The position numbers were made by a program, and so were the translations under genes. 64,000 nt of DNA from Camelus ferus (lineage: Eukaryota). How positions within the stretch are numbered: position 1 is the first letter of the stretch; each line of letters starts with the position of its first letter. The stretch is from contig NC_045697.1 in the NCBI RefSeq assembly GCF_009834535.1, positions 63,304,001-63,368,000 of the forward strand, in the 5' to 3' direction. Shown piece by piece: positions 38,095 through 50,350 of this stretch. The notes beneath the pieces were generated by a model. It searched no databases and was not told where the DNA came from. It saw only the letters and a program-made list of their open reading frames with translations.

Positions 38095-38749
38095 TGTTGC
38101 CGGTAGATGTAATCGGTGTCCAGATTCTTGTCCCATCCCAGAAGGAATTCAGAGACAAGACACAGAGGTTAAGAAAGTAAAGTGAGGATTTATTAAGGGA
38201 TGGATAGTACACTCTGAAGGGGAGGGCAGGCAGGCTCAGGAGAGTGGCTGCACGTAATTTCTTTGGCAAATTGGTTACATAGAGTGTAAAAATGAATGCT
38301 TGGAATATTCATTGATTGGGGAAGAGTCTAGGGTCATATTCCCAGATTTTCATCCCAATTCCACCCTCCCGAAGGGAGAAGGGATTTTTGTTCTTATTTA
38401 GCGTGGATCGGAAGTGTCATGGCGTTGGTGCATGATGGGTACTTTTAATCTGCAAGACTAATTTTATTGAAATGAGGACATAATGAACAAAATGTTAAAT
38501 TTGGACACTAGAGATTCCTGCCTTTTCCCACCTTTCTTTGTTGGTCTCAGGCCACTCATCACCCCAAAAGGTGTAACCACATATCAGCCCAGAGGTTCCT
38601 GCTTTTCTTTCATTGCCCAAGGACCCCTAGTGCTTATATGATGTATGGTTTCCTGCATTTGGCCTGTGTCCCACTTTCTGCCCAATTCCTGCCATTTGGC
38701 CTGTGTCCTCCTTTCTCTAGTCATATCTAGCTATCTGCCTGCTCTAAAA
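38095..38749 (-). mobile_element. Relatively young ERV1-type solo LTR, copy A
   Basis: TG start, decayed CA end (CTCTAAAA), 4-bp TSD AAAC (38091-38094 and 38750-38753) and antisense AATAAA (TTTATT near 38189). Clearly homologous to 55988-56567. Confidence 0.85.
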
Positions 38750-40458
38750 AAACTAGATGCAAAAGTGTGCACACTGCTGTAAATTATGTGTACGATGGTA
38801 TAAATGTGGACCACTAAAGTTGATGTTTCTAACTCTTCAGTGTCATGTATTAAATCTGATACATCGGTTCACAAATCAAAATAAGCTGATAAGAGAAAGG
38901 GGAAAATATTTGAAAATCAAAAATACAGACTAGTATAGAATGTGTATACAAGACTATAAATCATCAAAAATATAATTAATTTTCTTCTATTTTTCCTTCT
39001 TAAGGAAAATTGCCTGGTTGCATTCTATCACTATGTCTTTTTCTGTCTTGCCCTAATGCAGATAAGATAGGAACAGCTTGAAAATCTTGATGTTGGGTTA
39101 GTGGTATTTGTATTAGAATCAAATGTATACCCTTGACTGTTTACTAAAAATGTAAATTCACTTTAAAATTTTTCTAGACTTATTACTGCCAATGTGTTTA
39201 AACTGACCAGAAATTTTGGTGCAAGATTTGTGCATTTTTTCCCAAAATATTGAGACAGTAAAAATATTCAATTTGGTTACCACATTATATCTTAGCAATG
39301 TATTTCTAGTTTTATAGTACTTGATTTATTTGAATGTAATCATAATTAACATATGCTATATTTAATGGTTAAATTGCATTGGTACCTTTTTCTTTTGATG
39401 ATTTTCTTGATCCTGAGGAGAAAGGGATATATTATACTTTTTATCTTATAATATGTAGATATCTATTTGGTCATAATTTATTTTTCCTCAGAAATTTGTC
39501 TCTGAAAGAAAGTAAGTGTAATTTTTTGGATGAGTATATAATGCTTTATAAAAATTTGAATACAGAAATGATAAATATATGCACTTGGAGTATATTATCA
39601 GTAAGTATATCTCTTCTTTGCCAGAGGTAATTTTCTACCAGTTTTTATTATACTTCCATTGAATAGAGTTTTCTCATTTTTTCACTATATTATTATGAAG
39701 AAACTTTTTTCTAGTATGTCTATAAATGACTTTTTATTATTTTTTTTCTTAAGGTACTATGCATCATTTTATAGAAAATTAATGGCATGGATATGTACCA
39801 AAAAGTAGATTAAAAAATCCTAATTTAATGGTTCATTTCTTGAAATTATTATGTCTCTCAGAGGTAATAATGTTCACTGGTGTATGTAATGTTCTGCTGT
39901 GAAATAACATGGGGGCATCTCAAGCCTTGAGGTTAATGTGACACTCAGGCAAATAAACTGGGTCATAACGTATAAATATTAGTGCTGGCATTCAGACATA
40001 TTATATTCAGGCTCAGCTTTTGCATTTACATACCAAATAGTTATCTTTCAAAAATGATATTGTTATAGATAAATTTTGGCCTGAAGATATTTTCATGACT
40101 TCCTTATTTATATGTTTTGGTGAAATGACGGATTCTAGTAATTCATAATATTTATTACTAATAGAGGGGAACAGGGTAAGATTAATTCCAATCTTGTAGG
40201 GAAGGAAGATTTTACACACGCTTGTGGTTACACATTTAGTTATGACTGCCTCTGATGTTTTGAAATATATTGCATTTTAATCAAAAGGTTAGAATATCTA
40301 ACATTATTTATTGACAAAATATCTAAAAAGCAATGGAAATAGTTGGCTATTTTGGACATTAATCTATACTTTGATGGGTACTTCAATATATCATAGAATA
40401 AATCTTATCTGGTGATAAGATTTGGTTGCTCTTTAACATGACAAGTAAGGAAGGATGG

Positions 40459-40904
40459 TGTATTAGTTTTTTAGGGCTGCTGTAACAAAGTTCCACAAAG
40501 TAGGTCACTTAGACAACAGGGATTTATCATCTTGCAGTTCTGGAGGCTAGAAGTCTGAGATCAAGGTGTTGATAGGACTGGTTCCTTTTGAGGGCTGTGA
40601 GAAAGATTCATCTCCTCGCCTCTTCTCTAGGTTCTGATGATTTGTTGGCCATCTTTGTCCTTTCTTGGCTTGTAGAATCATCATCGTGATCTCTACCTAC
40701 ATCTTCACATTGCATTTGTGTGCTATTTGTATTCAAATTTCCCCCTTTTATAATAATGCTAGTTATATTGGTGTAGGGGCTCACCCTACTCCATTATAAC
40801 CTCATCTGAACATCTGCAACAGCCCAATCCCCAAATAAGGTCACATTCTGAGGTCCTGGGGATGGTACTTCAATGTAAACTTTGAGGAGATTCAACCTAT
40901 AGCA
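40459..40904 (-). mobile_element. MLT1B/C MaLR solo LTR
   Basis: TGTATTAGTTTTTTAGGGCTGCTGTAACAAAG...CAGTTCTGGAGGCTAGAAGTCTGAGATCAAGGTGT...CCAAATAAGGTCACATTCTGAGGT. Confidence 0.9.
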
Positions 40905-41549
40905 GACAGTATTAAACACATATAATTCCCTTCTTAAACTTGGATCTTGAAATTCAACTTGCCCTCTCCCTGAATTAAAATTCAGTTCAAAACATGACCA
41001 AATTTGAAGGAAAGATTGTGTTTAAGACCTTTACATTTCATGGCAGAAAATAACACTTAAGCATATTAAAGCTAAAGTGAGTGTCAATATCTAGTGCTCA
41101 CTCCAAAGCTATTTTTAGTGATGTTGACTCCTCACCTTTTCTTAAATATTTTTAAAGCGTTTAAAGATACTTATTTTCAACATTGCTTCCAGCAAATTGA
41201 CATGTTAGTCAGGGACCTTGGTAAACAAAAAGACATCATGACAGGATTAGATAAATGCAAAAAAAGGCTCCAGGCAGGGGCAGTAGAGGTTCATATGCAC
41301 CAACCAGTGATAACTAGTATTTGAGAAATAAACAGAAAACTAACCACAGTTAGTTGGTGGTTTGATTTGTTTTATTGAACATCATAGGGCTTAAACTAAT
41401 AGACATTCTTCATTTGCTTGTCAACTTTTTTTTTTTTAATGGGTACTATTCTAGGCAATTTTGAGAGATCAATGAAGAGAATAGACAAATGACACTCCAA
41501 TCTTGGAGCATACATTTAGAGAAAGGAACAAAGTCATGAACACTGAACG

Positions 41550-41733
41550 TCATAAATCAGTAATCTCAATTTTACCTTGTATAAAATGGAAATTATAATT
41601 GAACCTAGCTTGTAGATTTGTTGTAGGATTAATTAAGATAATATATGTAAAATTCTTGGCAAAGTGCGTGTCACATAAAAAGCACTCTTTTAATATTATA
41701 AATGATAAAAATGATGATGATGATGGTGATGAT
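41550..41733 (+). mobile_element. MIR SINE 3' half with (ATG)n tail
   Basis: GTATAAAATGGAAATTATAAT...GTTGTAGGATTAATTAAGATAATATATGTAAAATTCTTGGCAAAGTGC. Confidence 0.8.
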
Positions 41734-41924
41734 AATTGCTGGACATAATCCATGTTTAAATCTTATCACTTCTCAATTTGAGAAATAATAATAGGGACTT
41801 CATTGGTGTAGCATGAACATCCCCCTTAGGATGTCAACTGTGACCAGTACTAAGTGAGAAGAAAAAACAAAATGTGATGGACATTAAAAGCAGTAGATGG
41901 CTTTTAGATACATCCACATGTGCT

Positions 41925-41957
41925 CACACGCACACACACAGACACACACACACACAC
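41925..41957. repeat. Interrupted (CA)n microsatellite
   Basis: Directly visible. Confidence 0.9.
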
Positions 41958-44018
41958 CGGACCAATCCAAATATTTTTGTCTGATTCAAAAACATTGTTA
42001 TACACTTCTGTTTACCAGTGGAACTTCTTGCCAGTCTGAATAGCCGTTTAGTCAACATTTGATCTAGATTTGAAACCTTAATTGTTAATTGAAAAGCTAT
42101 GATGATCTTTTTGTTATTTAGTATTTATATGTCATTCTACAAAGTTATCCAACAAAATCATCAATGATCCTTTCTCCTGACTTTTTTAAATGACCCATTA
42201 ATTACCCCTGCATATTTTAAGATTATCAGTGTGAATGAAGTAAGCCTTAAATATCTTTTGTTTTTAATTGCTTAGTAAATGCCACTTTTCCTTTCTCCCT
42301 TTGCCCTTTAAATGGCTGAAGTATGAAGTGGAATATGTCCTAATTTCTACCCCCCTTTTTTTTGCTAGTATTCAAGTTCAGTAATGCATATGATTGGATT
42401 CAACTTGATCACATATTCAAACATAGAATTATTAGGACACTACATACATATCTGTCTTTTAATTGTAAAAATATTATTCACTTACTCCCTAAATTTAAAG
42501 TCATAACTCTTGACCAAATATGGAGACTTGCTTTTTATTTTTTATTTTTATTTTTTTGGTAAACAATATAATTCTTAATGTTTCTGCAACACTCCATCAT
42601 TTTTTGGTTACTTATTTTTTATTTTTACTCATTTATAATAACATCATATTACTTACAACTGAAACTTAAAATATTGCTCTGGTTTTCATAACTTTTCCTT
42701 TTGACATATAATTCCATTTAACTAATACATATAACAGGGAAAAATATAAAGACTCCTTGTATTCCCTTTCAAGAAGAGAAGACAGTCTGTATCTCTCTTT
42801 TCCTCATTTGCACTCCTTAAGTCTCAGACACATTTAATGTCAAATAAAAAGCAAGTGTTTAATATTTATTTCATAAACTAAAAATTTTGGAGATTAAACT
42901 TTTACTGTAGATTCTATAATTGTGCCGCTAGGGAATTGGAAAAAATATTTTGTAAAAAGTCTCTTACAGTTATATTTTTCTTCATTTTAAAAGAGCAAAT
43001 AAATCTGAGTGAGACATAGTTTGGTAAAACAAAACTGAGATTTGTTTTTGTAGTTATGCTGTAAATTCTTTTGAGTCTTATGTGTTTTGAACATTGAAGC
43101 CATTATTACCTACTGAAATGTTCCAGGTGAAAGCTTTCAGTTTTTATTACTCATTTTCCTGTGAAATAGCTATTTTTTGTAAATATAAGGATTGGAAGGG
43201 TGCTATATTCTCCCTTAGGTATGTGGAAGTACATATAGATCATTAAATAAAATATTTATTATAAAGCACACAGTACGGGTCTGACACACAGTAGGAATTA
43301 AAGAACTGTTAATTGTTACTATATTATTTTATTTACAAAATATTTTGCAGGCATTGCAAATTTGATTTTGTTTCAGGAAAGTTCTTGATTTTTTAATAAA
43401 TAATAATGACTTAAGTTATTTTCCAAAAGTGTATACCTCAAAAATAAATTATATATTTGCATATATAATTTATATACAAATATATATGTATAATCTGTAT
43501 GTATATGTACTATATATAACTATATAGGAACTTTACATTGATTTGAAAGCTTTTTAGAACATTTTCCTTATAAATGGACACTACTTATTTTAGATCTTTT
43601 ACTTTCTCTTTCATCCTTTCACTTCAGGTTTCTATTGGTAGTTTTCTATTACAATTAGATCATTTTTTAATTGGAAGAATTTGAGAAAAACATGAAATTC
43701 ATCTAAAGACTATATAGGTTATTATATAGACCTAAAGATTTTGTTGGAAATGGAGTAAGTATGTCCTTTGGGGTCCTTTCTGTAGTCAAGTAAATGAGCC
43801 ATAGCTTGATAAAGTTAAAACATTAGAAATAAATGTGTTTGTAGCTCCCTGATAGGCAATTAAACTGCAGTAATGACCTCAATGTAATTTATGAAATTAA
43901 ACACATGAATACACTGTAATATATATTAGAACAATCAGACATTCATTTAAACTTGCATCCTGATGCAATATTGTTTTAGAAACTCTTGAAAAACTATTTA
44001 CATGTAATATTCTGGAAA

Positions 44019-44531
44019 AGTGCTGTCCAGTAGAACTTTCTGTGCTATTGGAAATGTCTTCTGTGATATCCAAAGAGCCACATGTGGCTGAGTAACTAAA
44101 TTTTCAATTGTATTTAATTTTCATTAATTTAAATTTAAATAATCATGTAGGTTTAGAGACTGACTTTTTTATACAATCTTTAAAGGTTTCACTCCTTTAC
44201 AGTTATTACAAAATATTGGCTGTATTCCCCATGTTGTATAATATATCCTTGTAGCCTATCTTACACCCAGTAGTTTACACCTCCCACTCCCCTACCCCTA
44301 TATTACCCCTCTACCCGACCTGGTAACCACTACTTTGTTTTCTATACCTGTGAGTCTGCTTTTTTTTGTTGTTGTTGTTATATTCACTAGTTTCTTTTAT
44401 TTCTTAGATTCCACATATAAAGATATATAGTATTTGTCTTTCTCTGCCTGGCTTATTTCACTTAGCATAATGCCCTCCAGGTCCATCCATGTTGCTGCAA
44501 ATAGTAAAATTTATGTTATTGAACAGCACAT
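44019..44531. mobile_element. MER3-like hAT MITE, split by an L1 insertion (pieces about 44019-44164 and 44512-44531)
   Basis: Left end AGTGCTGTCCAGTAGAACTTTCTGTG, internal AGCCACATGTGGCT and TTAATTTAAATTTAAATA, right end TATTGAACAGCACA. Confidence 0.75.
44165..44512 (-). mobile_element. L1_Art-like (cetartiodactyl) L1 3' UTR fragment
   Basis: TTTAAAGGTTTCACTCCTTTACAGTTATTACAAAATATTGGCTGTATTCCCCATGTTGTATAATATATCCTTGTAGC...TTAGATTCCACATATAA...CATCCATGTTGCTGCAAAT. Confidence 0.85.
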
Positions 44532-44543
44532 ATCTAAAGTATT

Positions 44544-45698
44544 TTTTAAACATTTTTTATTGAGTTATAGTCATTTTATAATGTTGTGTCAAATTCCAGT
44601 GTAGAGCATAATTTTTCAGTTATACATGAACATAGATATATTGATTGTCACATTTTTTTTTCGCTGTGAGCTACCACAAGATCTTGTATCTATTTCCCTG
44701 TGCTATTCAGTATAATCTTGTTTATCTATTCTGCATATGCCTCTCAGTATCTACAAATTTTGAAATCCAAGTCTGTTCCTTCCCACCCCCTGCCCCCTTG
44801 GCAACCACAAGTTTGTATTCTATGTCTGAGTCTGTTTCTGTTTTGTATTTATGTTCTTTTTTTTTAAAGTCCACATATGAGCCATCTCATATGGTATTTT
44901 TCTTTCTCTTTCTGTCTTACTTCACTTAGAATGACATTCTCCAGGGACATCCATGTTGCTGCAAATGGCGTTAGTTGTGTTTTTATGGCTCAGTAGTATT
45001 CCATTGTATAAATATACCACATCTTCTTTATCCAGTCATCTGTTGATGGACATCTAGGCTGTCTCCATGTCTTGGCTATTGTAAATAGTGCTGCTAGGAA
45101 CATTGGGGTGCAGGTGTCATTTTGGAGTAGGGTTCCTTCTGGATATATGCCCAGGAGTGGGATTCCTAGGTCATATGGTAAGTCTATTCCTAGTCTTTTG
45201 AGGACTCTCCATACTGTTTTCCACAGTGGCTGCACCAAACTGCATTCCCACCATTAGTGAAGGAGGGTTCCCTTTTCTCCACAGCCTCTCCAGCATTTGT
45301 CATTTGTGAACTTTTGAATGATGGCCATTCTGACTGGTGTGAGGTAATACCTCATCATAGTTTTGACTTGCATTTCTCTGATAATTAGTGATATTGAGTA
45401 TTTTTTCATGGGCCTATTGATCATTTGTATTTCTTCCTTGGAGAATTGCTTGTTGAGGTCTTCTGCCCATTTTTGGATTAGGTTGTTTGTTTTTTTCTTA
45501 TTAAGTTGTATGAGCTGCTTATATGTTTTGGAGATCAAGCCTTTGTCGGTTTCATCGTTTGCAAAAATTTTCTCCCATTCCGTAGGTTGTCAGTTTGTTT
45601 TACTTATGGTTTCCCTTGCTGTGCAGAAGCTTATAAGTTTAACCAAGTCCCACTTGTTTATTCTTGCTTTTATTTCTATTGCTTGGGTAGACTGACCT
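44544..45698 (-). mobile_element. Young 5'-truncated L1 (probably camelid-specific) with ORF2 C-terminal remnant
   Basis: Perfect 16-bp TSD ACATATCTAAAGTATT (44528-44543 and 45699-45714). Antisense ORFs 45254-45538 and 44990-45238 give the L1 ORF2p C-terminus ([40 protein letters not shown]) in one frame with nonsense codons. Confidence 0.95.
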
Positions 45699-46859
45699 AC
45701 ATATCTAAAGTATTAATCATTTTCTTCTGTGTATTTCCACCAATATGGTGATCATTGAATTATATGCACTATCACTGTATTATCTATGTCATATAGTTAT
45801 TCACAATAACACTTTTCAAAGAATGTTTACAGTACTAGAGAAAAAGCAATAGTCATATTATGGTTGTTGAATTTAAAATTTGGATTCAGTTATATTTCAA
45901 AACATTAGATCACAACTTGAACCAAATTGTAATTTTTTTATATTATATGTCAGTTTTTATGATACAAAATGATGTATTTATATATATGTATATATCTACC
46001 ACACTGTACAAACTAGATGTTTACTCTGAGAGCTACATTTGTTTGTAGAGTTGATTTTCACATATTAATGGTAAAGTCTAGGGCAATTACTACAAACCGA
46101 ACACAGGCATTTAACAAACAACTGGTAAATAAATGAATAAGCCCAGGTAGACAAACATTAAAAATGTTTTAGTGGCTATATTAACCTTTCTTCTGCAACA
46201 TTAGAGAACAAGCAATGAAACTTCAATTTTCAACCCATGTAAGGGCTATTACAGCTTTGTAGTATGTTACACAAATACTTTTTTTTTTTTTTCATTAAAC
46301 TCATTGTGGTCATTGCTGACAGGTTTGATAAGACTTTTCGAATTTATTGGCAGAAAGACACATCTTTACTCTGGAAGAAATAATTTCTTTCACTTTATGT
46401 GGATGGTAGGAAAACATTATTTACTCTTACTAGTATGAAGTATCATATTGGTGTGACATACATTTAATATCCAGACATGAAGTAAGAGAGCCCCATGATT
46501 TTTAAACTTTGAAAAATCTACCAACTCCAGAGCTACTGAGCCACTGTCCAGTGTCTATAGCTGTCCTCACTGGGATTAATCACTATAAGGCTCTAGCCAA
46601 TGTTGAAACAGACATCTCAAAATGAACTGGAGCAGGGAAGATGAAATGAAGCCCTAGCTGATGCATTTAAAAAGTAACAAACAAAACTTACAGGATACAA
46701 TCAATATCCGAACTAATTTATAAGACAAACAACTTAACATTGGGAATGCTAATTTCATAACCAATGAAAAAATGCATGTAACCTTTTTTCTTTCCGTACG
46801 CAGTGAACATCTGATGATATGACAAGTACTGAAATTCATGAAAGTTTGTTGAAAGACAA

Positions 46860-47333
46860 TTTCCCATGGGTCTAACACATGACTGCAGGTTTTGCAAGCA
46901 GACATACTGACTGCCTTTCTTTTTATAATATCTTTTCAAAAACTCTTGTCTGTATAGCAATCAACCTTGGGAGATACAATGTCTTTTTTTTTTTTTTTTT
47001 GGCTTACAGCCTTGAAAATTTGAGATATTTTTCCCTCTGCAACAAAGGACTGCCCCTTATAAAAGACTCAGTTTCCCTAACATCTGTCCTCTCCTGTAAC
47101 ATAACCCACTGTGTTTGCAGATGCCAAACACATCTCTGCCTCACGTTCTCGGAATTGGGGCATAGGGAACTGCCTCAAGAAAATACTGATTCTCTAGCTC
47201 TGCTGTCTCTGTGAGTGAAGTCCTCTGTCTCTGACCCAGAAATCTGCCTTCTGCCAGCATTCATAAAAATGACTGGTTTATTTGTTAATTCACAAGTAGG
47301 TTAAAAATCTCAGACCCTTCACAGTTCTTGGCA
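46860..47333 (+). mobile_element. MER76-like ERVL LTR
   Basis: GCTTACAGCCTTGAAAAT, TATAAAAG, AACCCACTGTGT, GTCTCTGACCCAG...CTTCTGCCAGCAT, and terminus AAAATCTCAGACCCTTCACAGTTCTTGGCA. Confidence 0.75.
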
Positions 47334-47789
47334 TAGTTTCCTCATTCTTAAAATTTTCTTGACATCTCAAAATTCTGGAAATCTTATTTAATCATTTAAA
47401 AATTATGTTTTTAAATTTTAGTCTCTTGTATGGATTAAGTCAGAATGTATAAAATATACACATACATAATTGGATTTCAAGTGTCTATATATAGAAAGTA
47501 TCTATGGAAATAGTAATATTTATAACTGTCTATAAAAAGCCCTTCTATCTATAATATACATAAATCTATAGCTTGTTTTATGACTCCTGATATGTTCCCT
47601 CCCACAAACATCAATTCAGCATTATATTTTTTACTATAAATGTATGAAAATGACAAAATAGAAAATAAAATGATAGAAATAAAATAATTAGATAGCCTCT
47701 TCCATAATTTTGGAAAAGAGGAATGCTGTTTCATTTCTAAAACAGAAGATACTATTAAGAAAATTCAAAACACTACAATGGCAATAGCA

Positions 47790-48247
47790 TAAGTATGTTT
47801 ATAGTATTTTTTTTGTCCAGGGTATTTCAATTGATGATCAATTTCCATGGGTAAAGAGTTTGGACAGGTCTCACAGGCTAGATTCATGATGTTGTCCATC
47901 TTGGGTCTCAGGTGAGGATCCTGTTCCAAGCTCAGCTGGTCATTGCTAGAACTGAGTTCCTTGGATCTGTAGAATTTACAGTGGCTTTGCCTAGCTTTTG
48001 CCTTCAAGGCAAGTAGGAAGACACTTCTCTGATGCTTCCTCTTCTTTTAAAGGATCCTCTGATTAGGTCAGGCTCGTCAGAATAGGCTTCTTTTATTATT
48101 AACTGAAAGACAACTGATTATCAAATTAATCATGTGATGTCTTATCATATTTCCAGGTTTTGCCCATGCTCAAAGAGAGGAGAATATACAGAACATAAGC
48201 ATTAGTGGGTGGAATCTTAAAGGCCACCTTAGGGTTCTGCCTAGTAT
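47790..48247 (-). mobile_element. MLT1E-like MaLR LTR
   Basis: TTTTAAAGGATCCTCTGATTAGGTCAGGC...GCCCATGCTCAAAGAGAGGAGAATATACAG...GGAATCTTAAAGGCCACCTTAGGGTTCTGCCTA. Confidence 0.75.
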
Positions 48248-48874
48248 GATAACAAATAAATATGTTATCAATAAAATACACATCGTTAATAGACAATATT
48301 AATAATGAGATATATACATAATTAAAAACTACTGAAATGGTGTGTTTCCATTAAACTCTTAATATGTATAGTATTATTATCCAGAAAATAATGTGTCCAC
48401 TATTTAGCCTTTCTAATTTCCTTTCCTCTTTATTTTATTTCACTTGATTCCTTTTTTTTCTGCTTCTGTAAAAGAGTTTTCAACATGAGCCTTCTATGTA
48501 ATCTGTTCTTCAGATATTTCAATCTATCTTATAATAAATAAATTAGCTTACCTTTTCATGACATTTTCACAGGCATATTTACATTTACAAATCTCTTCAA
48601 ATAAAAAATGAAAAATAATTATACCCTATGAAATAATTCTCACGTGCCTATCAAACAAATAAGAAAATCTATTATTCTTTCTGTCACTAGTAATTTTATT
48701 CATCATTAATTAATTGAAGACATAGAATTTTAACAAATCAAATTTCAATGAAGTCTGATGTTCAATTACTCAGTGATAGTACTTCTAAACATCTTTAGAG
48801 ACTTTTGCAGTTTTGATAACAACCATATGTAAGATTAGAGAGAATTCGTTTTTAGGGAGAGCTGTCCCTTTTCC

Positions 48875-49280
48875 TTCATTTAAATATTTACTCAATTATT
48901 GATACTAGTATGGCCTCATGGAAGTGTATTTTATTTTATAGGTGAATCCAGTACTGCTGTTTTTTATACTGTTGCTCAGATTGTTCCAGCTCTGGCCTTT
49001 GGGAGCTTTTTCAGATGAGTCTCTGTGCCCTTTTGACATAACGTCGTTCTTTTTTGAGCACTTGTTTTCTTTCTGGCACCAGAAAACACTACAGGCTCAT
49101 CTAGTATTTTTCCTCCCCAGCCTGGAATCAACCACTTCTTCCAGGAGTGGATTTCTTTAATCTAAAAATGGCTTTAGAAACCACCATCTAGGTACTAGAT
49201 GTACTTACTACTTTCTGTTTGTCATTGCTGCTGGGTACCCTCACTGGACAGAGCAAGGACATATATGATGATACTAACCT
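48875..49280 (-). mobile_element. L1MC3/4-like L1 3' UTR fragment
   Basis: GTTGCTCAGATTGTTCCAGCTCTGGCC, CAGGCTCATCTAGTATTTT...CCTGGAATCAACCACTTCTTCCAGGAG, TTAGAAACCACCATCTAGGTACTAG. Confidence 0.8.
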
Positions 49281-49319
49281 ATTTAAATTCCTCTTTCAGA
49301 GAAAAATAAGAGTTTAGTC

Positions 49320-49628
49320 CCTTGTTACCCAAAGTGTCAATGGTCTGTGGATTAGCAGCACTGGTATCACCTGAGAGCTAGTTAGGAACCCAGAATGCCT
49401 CCCACACAACCTAATGCATCAGGATCTCCATTCAGCAAGGTTGGAAAGCACTGATCTAGACAGCAGGGTTTCTCTTATTCTCCTCAGCTGCAAATCGTTT
49501 GAGGAGCTTGTTAAAACTGCAACTTACCAAACCCCTCCCCAGGAGATTCTTGTTCGGTAGGTTTTGATATTCAGGTTTTTAACTAATACTTTGGGTTCTT
49601 CTTGTCAAGTAAGTCTAGAAAGCACTGG
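49320..49628. mobile_element. Two adjacent MER5-family MITEs (MER5A-like about 49320-49453, MER5B-like about 49461-49628)
   Basis: CAAAGTGT...AGCAGCACTGGTATCACCTGAGAGCTAGTTAG...GGAAAGCACTG, then ATCTAGA, then CAG...GAGCTTGTTAAAA...CCCAGGAGATTCT...GAAAGCACTG. Confidence 0.7.
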
Positions 49629-49839
49629 CCCACAGGTTTATCCCTGGTAGATGCAAAAATGGGAATGTCCTTAATGCTTAAGCTGGTGCTATTCTTGACA
49701 TAAACCAGGTCATGTATTTCCCTACTGGTTCCTAATACTTTACACTTGGGAAGCACTGCATGTATCTCAAAGTGCTTTTGTATCAGTTATGTTTGAAAAA
49801 TTATCTTTCAGAAATATGCATCATCACTCTAAACCTTCC

Positions 49840-50350
49840 TTCATATCATGTCCAAAGTTATCTTCCTAAAAGAAAGATGAGGCCATCTGACTCCTCTCTC
49901 CAAAAACTTCAAAAGTGTTTTCTTATCTCTAAAACCAAACAAGTTTTGTCTGGCATATACGGCCTGCCATGATTTCACTGCAGTCTTAGCTTTCTAGCCT
50001 GGTCTCTCTATACATATGCCCTCACTTCATAATTTTGTTCATTCTGTTCTCTCTGTATGATATTCTTTCTCCATTTCACCCCGTTTACTCTTACAGCATT
50101 CCATTAACGTCCAACACCAGCCTCAAATGGTATTGCTTCCAAGATAGACTCCTGGACTCCTGTAGTTATCTGTAATAACTGCATCAAGGTATGTGCACTG
50201 AACTTGGCCAGAATAGAAGTGTGATCAATTTTCTTTTTTCTGCCCTATGGTTATACATACATATGTGTTCTGACTGCATCCCTTACTAGAAAATGAGAAC
50301 ATTGAGGGTAGAAATCAGGCCAAAATGGGATCACGTATCCTTCTCTAGGT
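49840..50350 (+). mobile_element. L2 fragment
   Basis: ATCTTCCTAAAA...CCATCTGACTCCTCTCTCCAAAAACTTCAA...ACTAGAAAATGAGAACATTGAGGGTAG. Confidence 0.55.
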
